The position numbers and the translations under genes were made by a program. A stretch of 63,238 nucleotides of DNA, the filler included, from Nemertoderma westbladi (lineage: Eukaryota > Animalia > Xenacoelomorpha), in assembly GCA_032718475.1 (NCBI GenBank). It is 3 parts of 3 records of this genome, joined end to end, with 100 filler letters (N's around TTAATTAATTAA, not from the genome) between each part and the next. Parts side by side here need not be neighbours in the genome. Positions count along the whole stretch, not along the records: positions 28,565 to 48,574 come from JAUCBJ010005495.1; positions 48,675 to 63,238 come from JAUCBJ010006952.1; 1 more part is not named here. One strand, given 5' to 3'. The notes under the pieces were generated by a model, which searched no databases, had not been told where the DNA came from, and was given only the letters and a program-made list of their open reading frames with translations. Shown in pieces: positions 44,530 through 55,508 of the stretch. Every line of letters starts with the position of its first letter. The first letter of the stretch is position 1.

Positions 44530-47500
44530 TGTAAAAGCTTTTGCTGAATTGTCCGGTTATTTTCCTTATTTTTCCCGTAAAATACTCTGTAGTTGGTTTA
44601 CCAGGCATAAAAAGGCCGTGTCCTTGCTGTACTGGTGTTTTAGCGGACATAAAAGCTATTTCTTCGGTATTTGTACTTTAGAGGACATAATCCGTAATTC
44701 CGTGACGTAAAAGCTCGATACTCTTGAAAACAGTGTCGCTACCATGACGACGGCTAGCAGCTGATATTGCCACGTCGACGTTTCTTTGTTTCTTTGTTCT
44801 CTCGTTGTTCAGGTGGACCAATCAGAGCGTTTGTTGTCTCTGTGTTGGAGGTATATACAGAAACTCAGTAGTTCAGTGTTATGTTTTTGCCCAGAGCCTA
44901 AGAACCGGCTTTTGGCACCTCCGTGTTTCAGTTTTTAGTCTTACACTAGTAGGTTTAATTATAAGGACATATATCCTTTAACTGCTAACTGATCATACAT
45001 ACTGACTGCTGAAACATTGCAAACTCATAACAATCAGTGTTCAGTTGTTGTTTTATACTGCTATTTACTGTCAGTTCTTCATAATATGGTTGATGAATTA
45101 TTATATTTGGAATAACGATAAATAACCCCGAAACCCAATATTCTTGATATACCGAAGGTAAGAGAGAAAGGTTACAGATAAACGATTGTGACTTATGTTA
45201 AAGTGGTTTGAAGTGAATCGAATGTTATTTGATAGACCCTACATGAGTCAGTCCGTGTTCCTTTTATATGTGACTAAAATCAGTGAAGATCGGCAGATTA
45301 GTGTGCAGTATTGTGCAGCATTGTGTATGAGTGAGTCTGTTAAAGAAGCATTTCCTAAAGAATGCGCCATATATGTGAATTATAACTAAACCATATCGTT
45401 GTGAGTAGTTTAAGTCATAACTCTGTTTATATAGATAAAGCGCCACGTCCTAAAGGAACTGTTAATATTCCCGAAGGTGAATAATATTGTCAGAGATTAT
45501 ATAATACTGTCAGTCGAATAATACATTAGGCTTACATAGCAATAAAATTAAACCGTCGAACCCAATCTCCCGGGAATATCCAGCGGGTGAATGATCGCGC
45601 ACAGATTGGTTTCGACTAGTGTAGTAAATCAAATACTTGTCATAGACTAAAAACCGATTTAATATCTGGAAGACATCTTAATTTGGTGGGTTAAACTGCC
45701 AAAGGTCTAAAAGCGCGAACATTAAAGGATATAGCATCTTTATTGCAGTAAGTAATAAAGTTGAAAGTACTGGTCAACCGGTAAACCTGAAAGGTACATC
45801 TGTAGGTCAGTAGGCCCAACTGCCAGAACCGGTACTGCCGTAGGTCCGTAGGTCCAACTGCCAGAACCGGTACTTCTGTAGGTCAGTAGGCCTAACTGTC
45901 CCAACCGGTACTTCCCATATAAGTACATTAGTATTATTCGATTTTGATAGTTATATACCAGTAGGCCTTAATAATTAATCAGGGACGGCCGCCCTGGTTT
46001 TTTATTGAGATTTTACTTGTTTCTGTCGGTTTTATTTGTTTGTAGGCCAGTATTGAACAGAAGGCGTGTAAGCCTGATCAGATTGTACAGACAATTTGTA
46101 GGCTGAGCTGTTGTCTGATTGCTGTTAAGTCCGAACGAATTGCAGTGTGTGTAGATCACCTGTCCGATTAAGTACGGTTAGGAAGTAGGGGCAGCGAACG
46201 CTGTAAGGTAAACCCCCAACTAAAGAATAAGTCGCACTACTGGGTTAGAGCGCATACTCCCTAATCATTTCGGAGTCTGCATGTCCTGTAGTTTATTTAG
46301 GCTTGAGAGTAGTCTGCCATCGTTTAGTCTGTACTTTGTTTGTGTAAGTCTGTACGGGTAGCGTATAATTTATTTCGATAATTTGTAGGCTGGATAGTTG
46401 TCTGGCTGTTATTAGGTCTGAACGGATTGCAGCGTGTGTAGATCACTTGTCCGATAAAGAACGGTTAGGAAGTAGGGGCAGCGAATGCTGTAAGGTAAAC
46501 CCCCAACTAAAGAATAAGTCGTACTACTGGGATAGAACGCATACTACCTAATTATTTCGGAGTCTGCATATACCGTAGTTTGTTTAGGCTTGATAGTAGT
46601 CTGTCAGTGTTCGGTCTGCATTTTGTTTGAGTAGTTTGTACGCGTAGCGTAATATTTATTATTCAGAGTTTATGCGATTATTCGCAACATTCATTCCCCA
46701 AGTTTGTTCCTACAGTAATTGTGTTTGTTATACATACCGCTATAGTTAAATTAACCCCGGTACTACACGGGCTGCTTGGCGTAGGTAAAGACTGGTGATT
46801 TTGTGCATCGGTCACTCCAGCAGATGCCGTGGTTCTTTTAGCTGTTCAAGTATATTTAACTACTGATTATATGTTATACAAGTACTCGTACCTAATTTAG
46901 GGTTTAGTGTACAGTGCTTTCCGAGAGTAATTAGTGTAGGCATTATATTTGTGTTGTAAAGTGGTTGATAGGCACGTTCGATTAGCTCTATTAACTTCTA
47001 GGTAGGAACACTCCGTGATACATAACGTAGTACCTATAGCGATACGGCTATAGGTCGTCAGGCGGTGGTATTTTTCTATCTGGACAACGCAGTGTATTTA
47101 CTACTACTTATTATTTTCAAATACCGTAGTACCCTGTCCGTTGTAATAACCAGAATTCTAACCCTTTGTTAGGCTGGTTTGTAGACTTCTTGTAAAATTA
47201 CCCTGAAATTCGTATTTGCGTTTTTGTAAATTTTTGTGTTTATTTAGAGATTGTAATCTCACCCGAATTGTACGTAATTTGTAGTATTAAGTAACTTAGG
47301 TAAATTAGAATTATTTGTTTTAGTGTCCTATAAGTAACACTTCACTGAAAGCGCACCGCTTTGTGTAGTGATTACTCCCAGAAATAATAACATTTATTTC
47401 CAACATTGACAAAACCCATTAAAACGGGTATATATATATTATAAATCAAATCTAACGATTTATAAATAGTAGGCCTACCATACAACCATTAGGTCTCAAT

Positions 47501-48574
47501 ATCAGTTGGATTACTGCTCAAGTAACGGTAATAAAGTAAGTAAGGTAACCAAGTAACCCTTGAAATTCAGAAATTCAGTTATTTAAAATAATTGATATAC
47601 CGGTATTTACAGTAGGCTTATTATATTTATTTCTATAAATTTTAGGTTGAAATCATACCGGTATTCTGTAATTAATTCTAGTTTGTAATTATACTTATAT
47701 ATATACACTATAAGTGTAAACTGCATACCGGTATTTACGATAGGCCTATTATCTTTATTTCTATAAATTTAGGCTGAAATTATACCGGTACTTGTAATTA
47801 ATTCTAGTCCAGAATTATATATACTACAAACTGTAAGCTGTATACCGGTATTCCGATAAGCCTATTATATATTTATATATATTTGTGCTAAAATTATACC
47901 GGTATTCTGTGATAAACCTAGTCTGTAATAATAGTTATATATACTATAAGCATACCGGTATTCTAATATATTATATATATCACGCTACACTGAGTAGCAG
48001 TACCGGTAATTAATTACTAGGCTAGCAGTTAATACTGAGTTACTAGACTTGCTCAGACTGTAATACAGCAGTAGATATTCAACTGTACACATAAGCATGT
48101 CTGACGCAAAGCAGAACCTGTCAGACAGTCTACTAGATACAACCGAGAGCGAAGTGACAGCAGAGAAACCGCATAAGAGGGATGCCATTGACATCTATCT
48201 GTCAGACTATCAACGTTTTTTAGGTGATGACGAGTTGAGGAGAAGGTTAGAGGGACTTAGCCCTAATAGTGAAGGAACCAAGCTTGTGTTGGATGCCATC
48301 GATGTGGAAATGAGGGCTGCGAATCAGGCTAAATTTGATGAACAACTCCGCCTGACACGAGTCCAAGAAGAGCAAGTAAAGAAAAAACGTATAGAAGACA
48401 GAAAGAAAGCAGCAGTGGTAGCTGCAGAAGCAGAAAGAAAAGCGGCAGCGGCAGAGGCAGCAGCAGAGGCAAAGGCGGCAGAGGCAGCGGCAGAAGCAAA
48501 GGCGACCTTGGCAGAAGCAGCAGCTGAAAGAAAGGCGGCAGAGGCAGTGGCAGAAGCAGAACGGAGAGCGACTG
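44530..48574 (+). mobile_element. LTR retrotransposon copy 2 (putative LTR 44530-45675; cut by contig end)
   Basis: Collinear and highly similar to 24134 onward; different upstream flank. Confidence 0.7.
48097..48574 (+). CDS. Putative gag/ORF1 N-terminus, copy 2 (incomplete)
   Basis: MSDAKQNLSDSLLDTTESEV... paralogous to 27507. Confidence 0.65.
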
Positions 48575-48674
48575 NNNNNNNNNNNNNNNNNNNNNNNNNN
48601 NNNNNNNNNNNNNNNNNNTTAATTAATTAANNNNNNNNNNNNNNNNNNNNNNNNNNNNNNNNNNNNNNNNNNNN
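48575..48674. other. Artificial contig linker
   Basis: 44 N + TTAATTAATTAA + 44 N. Confidence 0.97.
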
Positions 48675-49309
48675 CTTTCGGGGACACTACGGGCGCGAGT
48701 GCGACTGGATGAACGACGAGGAGAAGTTCACGAGATTCGAGGAGTGGGCCGACGTCGGGGCCATGACGCGCCAGCGCATGAAGACCCAAGAGTTCAAGTG
48801 GGGTTTCTTCCTTATCAATCAGGAGACCCACATGGAAATCATAAAGCGGAGGCTACCGTTTACCTACCAAGAGGTAGCAACGGCGGCGTCGTACGCTGGA
48901 GTGATGAACACGCAAAGGTATCTGGACAGGTGGACGCCAGAGAACCGAAGGGAGTTTAGGGATTTCTTGGCGGAGCACGTACCAAAGGCAATGAAAATGG
49001 TCCTATGGGACGCCACTAGAGGGAGACAACCGGGCCACTCTGAGGGGCCACCGGCGAAGCGATATCGGGCACTAATAACACCAGCGCCCAAGGAGCCAAC
49101 GACCGGGATCAGCAAGGAAGTGGCGGCGAAGGTCCGAAAGCAGAAAGCGGATGATGCCAGAGGAACGGTGATAACCAAGAAACGACCCAGGGAAGAGGAC
49201 GCCAGGGGGAACTACCCCCGGAGGAACAGATAGGTTCCCAGAGTCGAGGGAGAGAGACTGGGACTTGGACGTGGTACGCCTGGTAGGCGCCGCGTGGGAT
49301 GTACGAACT

Positions 49310-50476
49310 TACCCGAGGGAATCACCGAGGAAGGACTGGAAGAGATTCATAGAGTCCGTCAACAGAGGAGGATATATGATCCTAGATGACGAGGGAACCG
49401 TGGAAGACGAGGCGGGTTCGAGACGAGGAACAGCAGGGTCGGCCAGGACCATACTCCTACATTTGGCCGCGCCAAATGGGGACATCTTCTTATTCGACCT
49501 AGGGACGTATGGGAAGAAGGACGGACCGAAATTAGACCGAATACCGAAAGCGGTACAAGTCTTAGTAAGAGAGAAGTCGACGACGAAAGTGGGATCGGCG
49601 ATTCGCGAGGACGCGGAGAGGATCATCGGTCCGGACGCCACCAACCTCCTGGATATGCAGAAAGTCTTTATGGCTATGACGGCACCGGATGGATTGGGGG
49701 TAGTCGAAAACACAGGCCAATGCGGGGCGGTGGCGATGGGCCAATTATTGGGGCTCGTATGCCACAAACCGATGGACTGGGGGAAGTTTAGGGAAGAATA
49801 CGGAGCAGAACTAGCGAACTCGCTAAAGTGGGGAGCGAGACCGGGAAAGCAGGAGGTATATCAGTTCCGCAGGGGAGCGATAAAGGTATATCAGAAGCGA
49901 TATATCCTGCAGGAGGACTGGATGATGATAAGTTTGCTTAACTTATTCATGACCGTGATTATCGAGAGGGAACCAGGGGCATTTCTGTTATCGGGATCAC
50001 CCCTAAGCTACAGGAGAGCCTTTAAAGTGGCCTTTGACGGTCTGGTAGACCACCCGGGGCTGAAGGGCGAGTCGGTGTATTACAACAGCCGACATCTGGT
50101 AGACGGGGAGACAGATACACCGTATCAGAGATGGGAGCAGCTAGAGACGGATAGACGAGAAGCAAAGCGACTGGAAGAAGTCGCTAGACGGGAGAGGATA
50201 GAAGCAGAGGAGAGGGAAGAGGAGGCCAGGACACAGAGTTACGGCTTCGAGGAACAGGCGGGCCTAGACGAAGCTTCATTGGACTTCATCAGGGAGTTCG
50301 GGGGAGTCTCTGGGGCGAGAATTGGGATGGACGGTGGGATCGCCGAAACAGTCGACGTCGGGGTTGCAAACGATGCCCATACCAGCGGGCGCCGAGGGCG
50401 ACCAACCGCCAAGGAAGTTAAGGGAGCTAGAGGGATGGAGAGCTACGGGCGAGAGCCAAGGCGGGAAGGGACATAG
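49310..50476 (+). CDS. DEDDy (WRN/EXD/RNase D-like) 3'-5' exonuclease domain protein, 5'-truncated by a duplication junction
   Basis: ExoI ILDDEG; ILLHLA...IFLFDL; IPKAVQVLVREKSTTKVGSAIREDAERI (ExoII, cf. LP..L..LL.D..I.KVG..I..D); NLLDMQ; YQKRYILQED (ExoIII-like). Confidence 0.7.
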   Translation, partial: YPRESPRKDWKRFIESVNRGGYMILDDEGTVEDEAGSRRGTAGSARTILLHLAAPNGDIFLFDLGTYGKKDGPKLDRIPKAVQVLVREKSTTKVGSAIREDAERIIGPDATNLLDMQKVFMAMTAPDGLGVVENTGQCGAVAMGQLLGLVCHKPMDWGKFREEYGAELANSLKWGARPGKQEVYQFRRGAIKVYQKRYILQEDWMMISLLNLFMTVIIEREPGAFLLSGSPLSYRRAFKVAFDGLVDHPGLKGESVYYNSRHLVDGETDTPYQRWEQLETDRREAKRLEEVARRERIEAEEREEEARTQSYGFEEQAGLDEASLDFIREFGGVSGARIGMDGGIAETVDVGVANDAHTSGRRGRPTAKEVKGARGMESYGREPRREGT

Positions 50477-51587
50477 TGGATCCATCGGGATACCGGGATT
50501 GGAGACACTACCAGAAGAGGAGGACGACGACGACGAGTTCGGAGAGATGCCGCCCATCGAGAGGATAGGCCACTCGGACACGGACTGGGTTGGCGGAAGG
50601 GTGGTGACGGCCAGTGGGGCGAGGGCCTTCTGGAACAGATCCGGCAAGCGGACCTGGGTGCACGAGGAGCCGGCGATGGATTTCGCGGGGAGCACCATCA
50701 GGTTGGGCGAGCAACCGGGGACGGCACCACGGATAGTATTCGGGGAGACGATGCCCGAGAGGGGCGGAGAGATCGACGTAGACAGGGAGACCAACGTAGA
50801 GAAGTTCGCCTACCAGCGACTCCACAGACCGCGGAGATCGCTTGGGACGAAAGACGAGGTGGGACGGGAGACATTGGTACTCGGCTGCGATTACTGTGGG
50901 AGACAGACCCATCGGGAAAGCAGCTGCCTATACCGGTTCCAACAGGGAACCTTTTGTCTCTACTGCAGAGAACCAAGCCACAGGATGGGGGCGTGTCCAC
51001 GGTTGCATAACCGATGTCCAAAGTGCCACTTTCGGGGACACTACGGACGCGAGTGCGACTGGATGAACGACGAGGAGAAGTTCACGAGATTCGAGGAGTG
51101 GGCCGACGTCGGGGCCATGACGCGCCAGCGCATGAAGGCCCAGGAGTTCAAGTGGGGTTTCTTCCTTATCAATCAGGAGACTCACATGGAAATCATAAAG
51201 CGGAGGCTACCGTTTACCTACCAAGAGGTAGCAACGGCGGCGTCGTACGCTGGAGTGATGAACACGCAAAGGTATCTGGACAGGTGGACGCCAGAGAACC
51301 GAAGGGAGTTTAGGGATTTCTTGGCGGAGCACGTACCAAAGGCAATGAAAATGATCCTATGGGACGCCACTAGAGGGAGACAACCGGGCCATTCTGAGGG
51401 GCCACCGGCGAAGCGATATCGGGCACTAATAACACCAGCGCCCAAGGAGCCAACGACCGGGATCAGCAAGGAAGTGGCGGCGAAGGTCCGAAAGCAGAAA
51501 GCGGATGATGCCAGAGGAACGGTGATAACCAAGAAACGACCCAGGGAAGAGGACGCCAGGGGGAACTACCCCCGGAGGAACAGATAG
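50322..51587 (+). CDS. Acidic linker plus three CCHC zinc knuckles; probably the frameshifted continuation of the exonuclease ORF
   Basis: CDYCGRQTHRESSC, CLYCREPSHRMGAC, CPKCHFRGHYGREC, all CX2CX4HX4C; overlaps the upstream ORF in the +1 frame. Confidence 0.8.
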   Translation: MGWTVGSPKQSTSGLQTMPIPAGAEGDQPPRKLRELEGWRATGESQGGKGHSGSIGIPGLETLPEEEDDDDEFGEMPPIERIGHSDTDWVGGRVVTASGARAFWNRSGKRTWVHEEPAMDFAGSTIRLGEQPGTAPRIVFGETMPERGGEIDVDRETNVEKFAYQRLHRPRRSLGTKDEVGRETLVLGCDYCGRQTHRESSCLYRFQQGTFCLYCREPSHRMGACPRLHNRCPKCHFRGHYGRECDWMNDEEKFTRFEEWADVGAMTRQRMKAQEFKWGFFLINQETHMEIIKRRLPFTYQEVATAASYAGVMNTQRYLDRWTPENRREFRDFLAEHVPKAMKMILWDATRGRQPGHSEGPPAKRYRALITPAPKEPTTGISKEVAAKVRKQKADDARGTVITKKRPREEDARGNYPRRNR

Positions 51588-52243
51588 GTTCCCAGAGTCG
51601 AGGGAGAGAGACTGGGACTTGGACGTGGTACGCCTGGTAGGCGCCGCGTGGGATGTACGAACTATTAAGTACAAATTCAATTAATGCAAAATAATCATAT
51701 AAGTGCAATTTGTATGTACGTACGTAGTAATTAGTAATCTAGAAATATATATACGTTCGGAGTAAGTACTATAGTCATACAACCTTTCTCAATTAGCTAC
51801 TGGGACTGGGGGATAACTGACTATGGCACTATGGACGAGACACCAGACAATTTCACACTTCTTGAGTGCGACGGCACGAGAGGGGGGGGGGGGAGATTCG
51901 TCAGAAGGGAAGAGACAGTCGAAGTGAGGTTGAGGGACGGAATAATAGTGCGGAGTGCGGAGAGAGTGCGGACGCAATTCTAGTGTGGGGGGGGGAGAAT
52001 AAGAGGCTGAGTGAGGGACGAGGAGGTCCGAGTGTGAGAGAGTTAGGGTGAGAGTGAAGAAGAGATAGGGCGGAAGTGTTGGGGAAACAAAAGTTGCGTG
52101 AGAGGTGAGCGCGATCGGCCCGACATGAGACGCCAGGCACACAGGGTAGCGTTATCATACCCATAGGGGGCGGCCTGGAAAGCCGACTCCGAGAGAAAAG
52201 AATTCCACCCCACACCCGATACTAGATCGGGATCCAGCGGGAT

Positions 52244-52832
52244 TGTAGCGCACTTTTTTGGTTGATGCTATCTTCTTACCGGGAAGATAGCATGGGGGGG
52301 AGTGTTAGCTTATTCAATCCCGCTAACACCCCATAAAGTTATAAGCCGATAAGCAATATTGGGAGCCACGAGATTGGATAATTAACCAACTCGTGCCATC
52401 CCAATAAGAGTGGGAAGGAAGCACACAATAAAGGGTCAGGGGCCAAACCCCTAACCCAGAGAGAACAGGTGGAGTGAACGGGAACACTCCAAAGGGCGCC
52501 AACAAGGGTATCAACCAATCAGAGGGGGGCAAGGCATCGATTAGGTAGTAATCAGGCCAACCGTGCAATATAACCAGTAACCCAATATCAGTAATTCAGT
52601 TATCTCAGTGCAGTAGTGCTAGCATAGGTTAATTAGTTTAGATAGGGGAGCACGGGACTTTTAGTTACCGTATCCCGCCTTCCATATACTATACAATATA
52701 TCTATATCTTATACCTCTATTATTATACACCGAACTTCAGAACTCATTTTACTTTCATTCACTCTTTATACACGGCGGGGACGCGTGAACTAAATACCGG
52801 ATAAATCGGGATCCCTCCTGGATCCCGTCACA
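52244..52832 (+). repeat. Putative 3' LTR (589 bp)
   Basis: TGT...ACA ends; AACCAATCAG (~52513), AATATAA (~52567), then three TCAGT initiator motifs (~52588-52609). Only one copy is visible. Confidence 0.6.
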
Positions 52833-53769
52833 TGACCCAACATTGAAAAACATTTATGTAAAAACCACTGTTATGAAAGTTTTAGAGTGGTGTGCTTCCT
52901 TTGAGCCAGAAATTATTATCCAACCAGATCCCAAACATACATGTTTGAGCTGGAAGCTTTAGACTTTGAAGACAATTATTTTTTTCATATTACTAAAATA
53001 CTCCACCTTGCCATTTTATAATTTTTTATTTGTTTTCGCCTTTTAATAATTTGCACCTTATATTTTTTAATTAGTTAATTAATATCCAGTTAATAATAAT
53101 TAACAATAGTTAATAGAAATAATTATAATATACAATAAAAATTGTAACCAATAGGTTATGTGGACCAATAGCTGAGGATGCTGATTCCTAAAGACTAACA
53201 CTCAAAATTTCTTATAAAGTTTCTAGTGAAATGAACATTTTTGCTGTGGCTGAAGAGAAAGCTAAGCATATTTTCAGATTTTTTATTTGATGCTTTAATT
53301 ATCTGTTAGTTCCCTGAAAAATGATATTATTATTATATTTTATTTATCATTCATGAATGATTTGTATAGTTTCCATCGTTGTCTTATTATATTCCTCTAT
53401 TAATTTAATTAAGAAATATAATTTTATAAATTAACTTCCATGTGTGCTATAATTCATGAAGGTGATGTAGAAACTATGCTAAAGATGACCATGTTCTTTG
53501 AAAGACAAAGCCTCAACTATATCATTTATACTCACTTCCCTGCAATGGTTACTGTCTCTACTGGTTGTCTTACTTTCTGGCTTGACATTACCCATACCAA
53601 TGCCAGAGCCAGTCTAAGCATCATGGCATTTCTAAGGTAAGTAATGTTGTTTTACTGTGGTATTTTAAAATTTATTTTATTCATTTCATCTGAGCTATAA
53701 CTAATTTTTATAATTTAATATCGGTGTTATGGGTGAATGAGTGGTTTCCTATTTTTATAACAATTGTTG

Positions 53770-53849
53770 GGCAATGACGTTCAGATGGGATCAAACTGGT
53801 GACCTACGTCTTGGAAGTCTGATGCTCTAACCATTCAGCTAGCGGCTCA
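53770..53849 (-). other. tRNA-like SINE head relic
   Basis: Reverse complement TAGCTGAATGGTTAGAGCATCAGACTTCCAAG...AGTTTGATCCC has A- and B-box-like motifs. Confidence 0.5.
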
Positions 53850-54481
53850 GGGCGAATGTGAATATAACTTTACGATTAATCGTATCATGTTAAGATTAAT
53901 CGTAAATATATTTACAAACGATATAGTTCGTAATAACAAAATATTTTTATTGCACTGTGAATAAAAGCATTTGCCATTAATCGTAGTATTTTTACGGTTA
54001 ATCGTATTTTATGACGAAAATTAAAATAAGCTGATGTGAATAAAATTTTACGAATGACCGTTTTCATAAATATTGATCGTACTTATTAGAAATCGTTCGT
54101 ATATTTACAGCAACTCATGTATGAGTCGTAGCTTAACTAAAGCAAAGTAAATAAAGCTATTATTAATATGTTTTCAATATGTTTAGGCAGTTCCGTATGT
54201 GTGGCAATTCTTGTCTTTTTTAAGCAAGTTTAGCTTTTTTATGGTAATTTGTACAACAATTTATTAATCATTAGGACATAATTTTTTTTATTAAGTAATA
54301 AAGTTACATTATTTTACTTTTTATTTTACATATTTTTCCTATGTACTAAATAATTATTTTAATTTTTCATTCAATTTTTTATTCAATTGCGGGGTAGTGC
54401 CGAAACCCCTGTAAATAGAGTTGTAGCTCGATGGTGTGCTTCCTTCGTGTTCGTGCAAGACATTATTACTGGTAACCAACT

Positions 54482-55104
54482 ACACGTTCGTGGGGACTTC
54501 GCGCAGCACGTAGTCGGCAAGCCTTGGCATACGGTTCATATAGAGCAAATGGGGCATGTCTAGTTTGGACCCAATATCCCATGCTATAAATGTATTCATT
54601 CGATATACAATCATATGTTAATCCGCTAGGTGGTGTCAAATTGTTATTCTGCAATTTCGTACTTACCAGTGCAACACTGTACAGCAGTACCGTACCGGTA
54701 GGCCTATGTCATTACTTCTGAGTCTCTAGCGGATCCCCAATTAAATGTCTTAACTTTTCAATTTCGTAAAAGATAGACTTCATGATTCTCTATAGGCCAC
54801 CAAAATTTCAGCTCAGGAAAATGAGGCCTTCCCGAGAAATTTAACATTTTCTAAAAACCACATAATCTGTCGTAGCTGACGTCAGACTGCATGATTTTTC
54901 ACCAAACTTTACAAACTTTCTAAACTTTCTCTCTACTACTTACCTACTAAGTTTGGTTCAATTCCGAACGAGCGATGCCGAGAAATTCGCGTTCAAACAT
55001 TTACCAGACGGACGGACGGACAGACAGACAGACAGACGGACATGCCCCATTTGCCCTATATGAACCGTATGCAAAGGCTCGCCGACTACGTGTCTCGCCC
55101 CACA
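54482..55104. mobile_element. HINE/DINE-1-like element, copy 3
   Basis: Same sequence as copies 1 and 2 with a longer GACG/GACA microsatellite. Confidence 0.75.
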
Positions 55105-55508
55105 TAGACTCAAGACTGGCAGTTTTGCGCGGGAAGGTTTGAACTTTTGAGGCAATTATAAATTATATAGGAATGACAATTTTCACATAAAAAAACACTA
55201 CTCCACGACAATTTCTTAGGAGTTGTGTGTATTTTTTTATTTAAGGATAGCTAACAAAACTAACTTTTTTGAATTTTTTAAAATGGCGACAAATTCGGAA
55301 CTGAAAAAATAAGAATAATAACTAGTTAATTTGAAAATTATTCATTTACTAAAAGAAATAATGCTAAAGAGCGAAGCTAGTAGTATCTTTGCTTCCATGG
55401 TATTGTCTGAATATTCCAGAGTGCTACGATAAACACAACAAAGCTTTACTAACATACTAATTGTTATAACATTGTAGTCTGCCCTTAACGAAATTTTATA
55501 TCATTAAA

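Larger units (their letters stand above)
48675..52832 (+). mobile_element. 3' part of an LTR-terminated element carrying exonuclease and zinc-knuckle ORFs
   Basis: GC/purine-rich block distinct from AT-rich host DNA; ends abruptly at GTCACA (52832); internal 635-bp direct repeat (48675-49309 = 51029-51663). Confidence 0.65.

Noticed and set aside
44530-52832. A single LTR element running from the 44530 LTR to the 52244 LTR
   Set aside because: The two LTRs share no sequence, base composition differs, and a contig linker lies between them.
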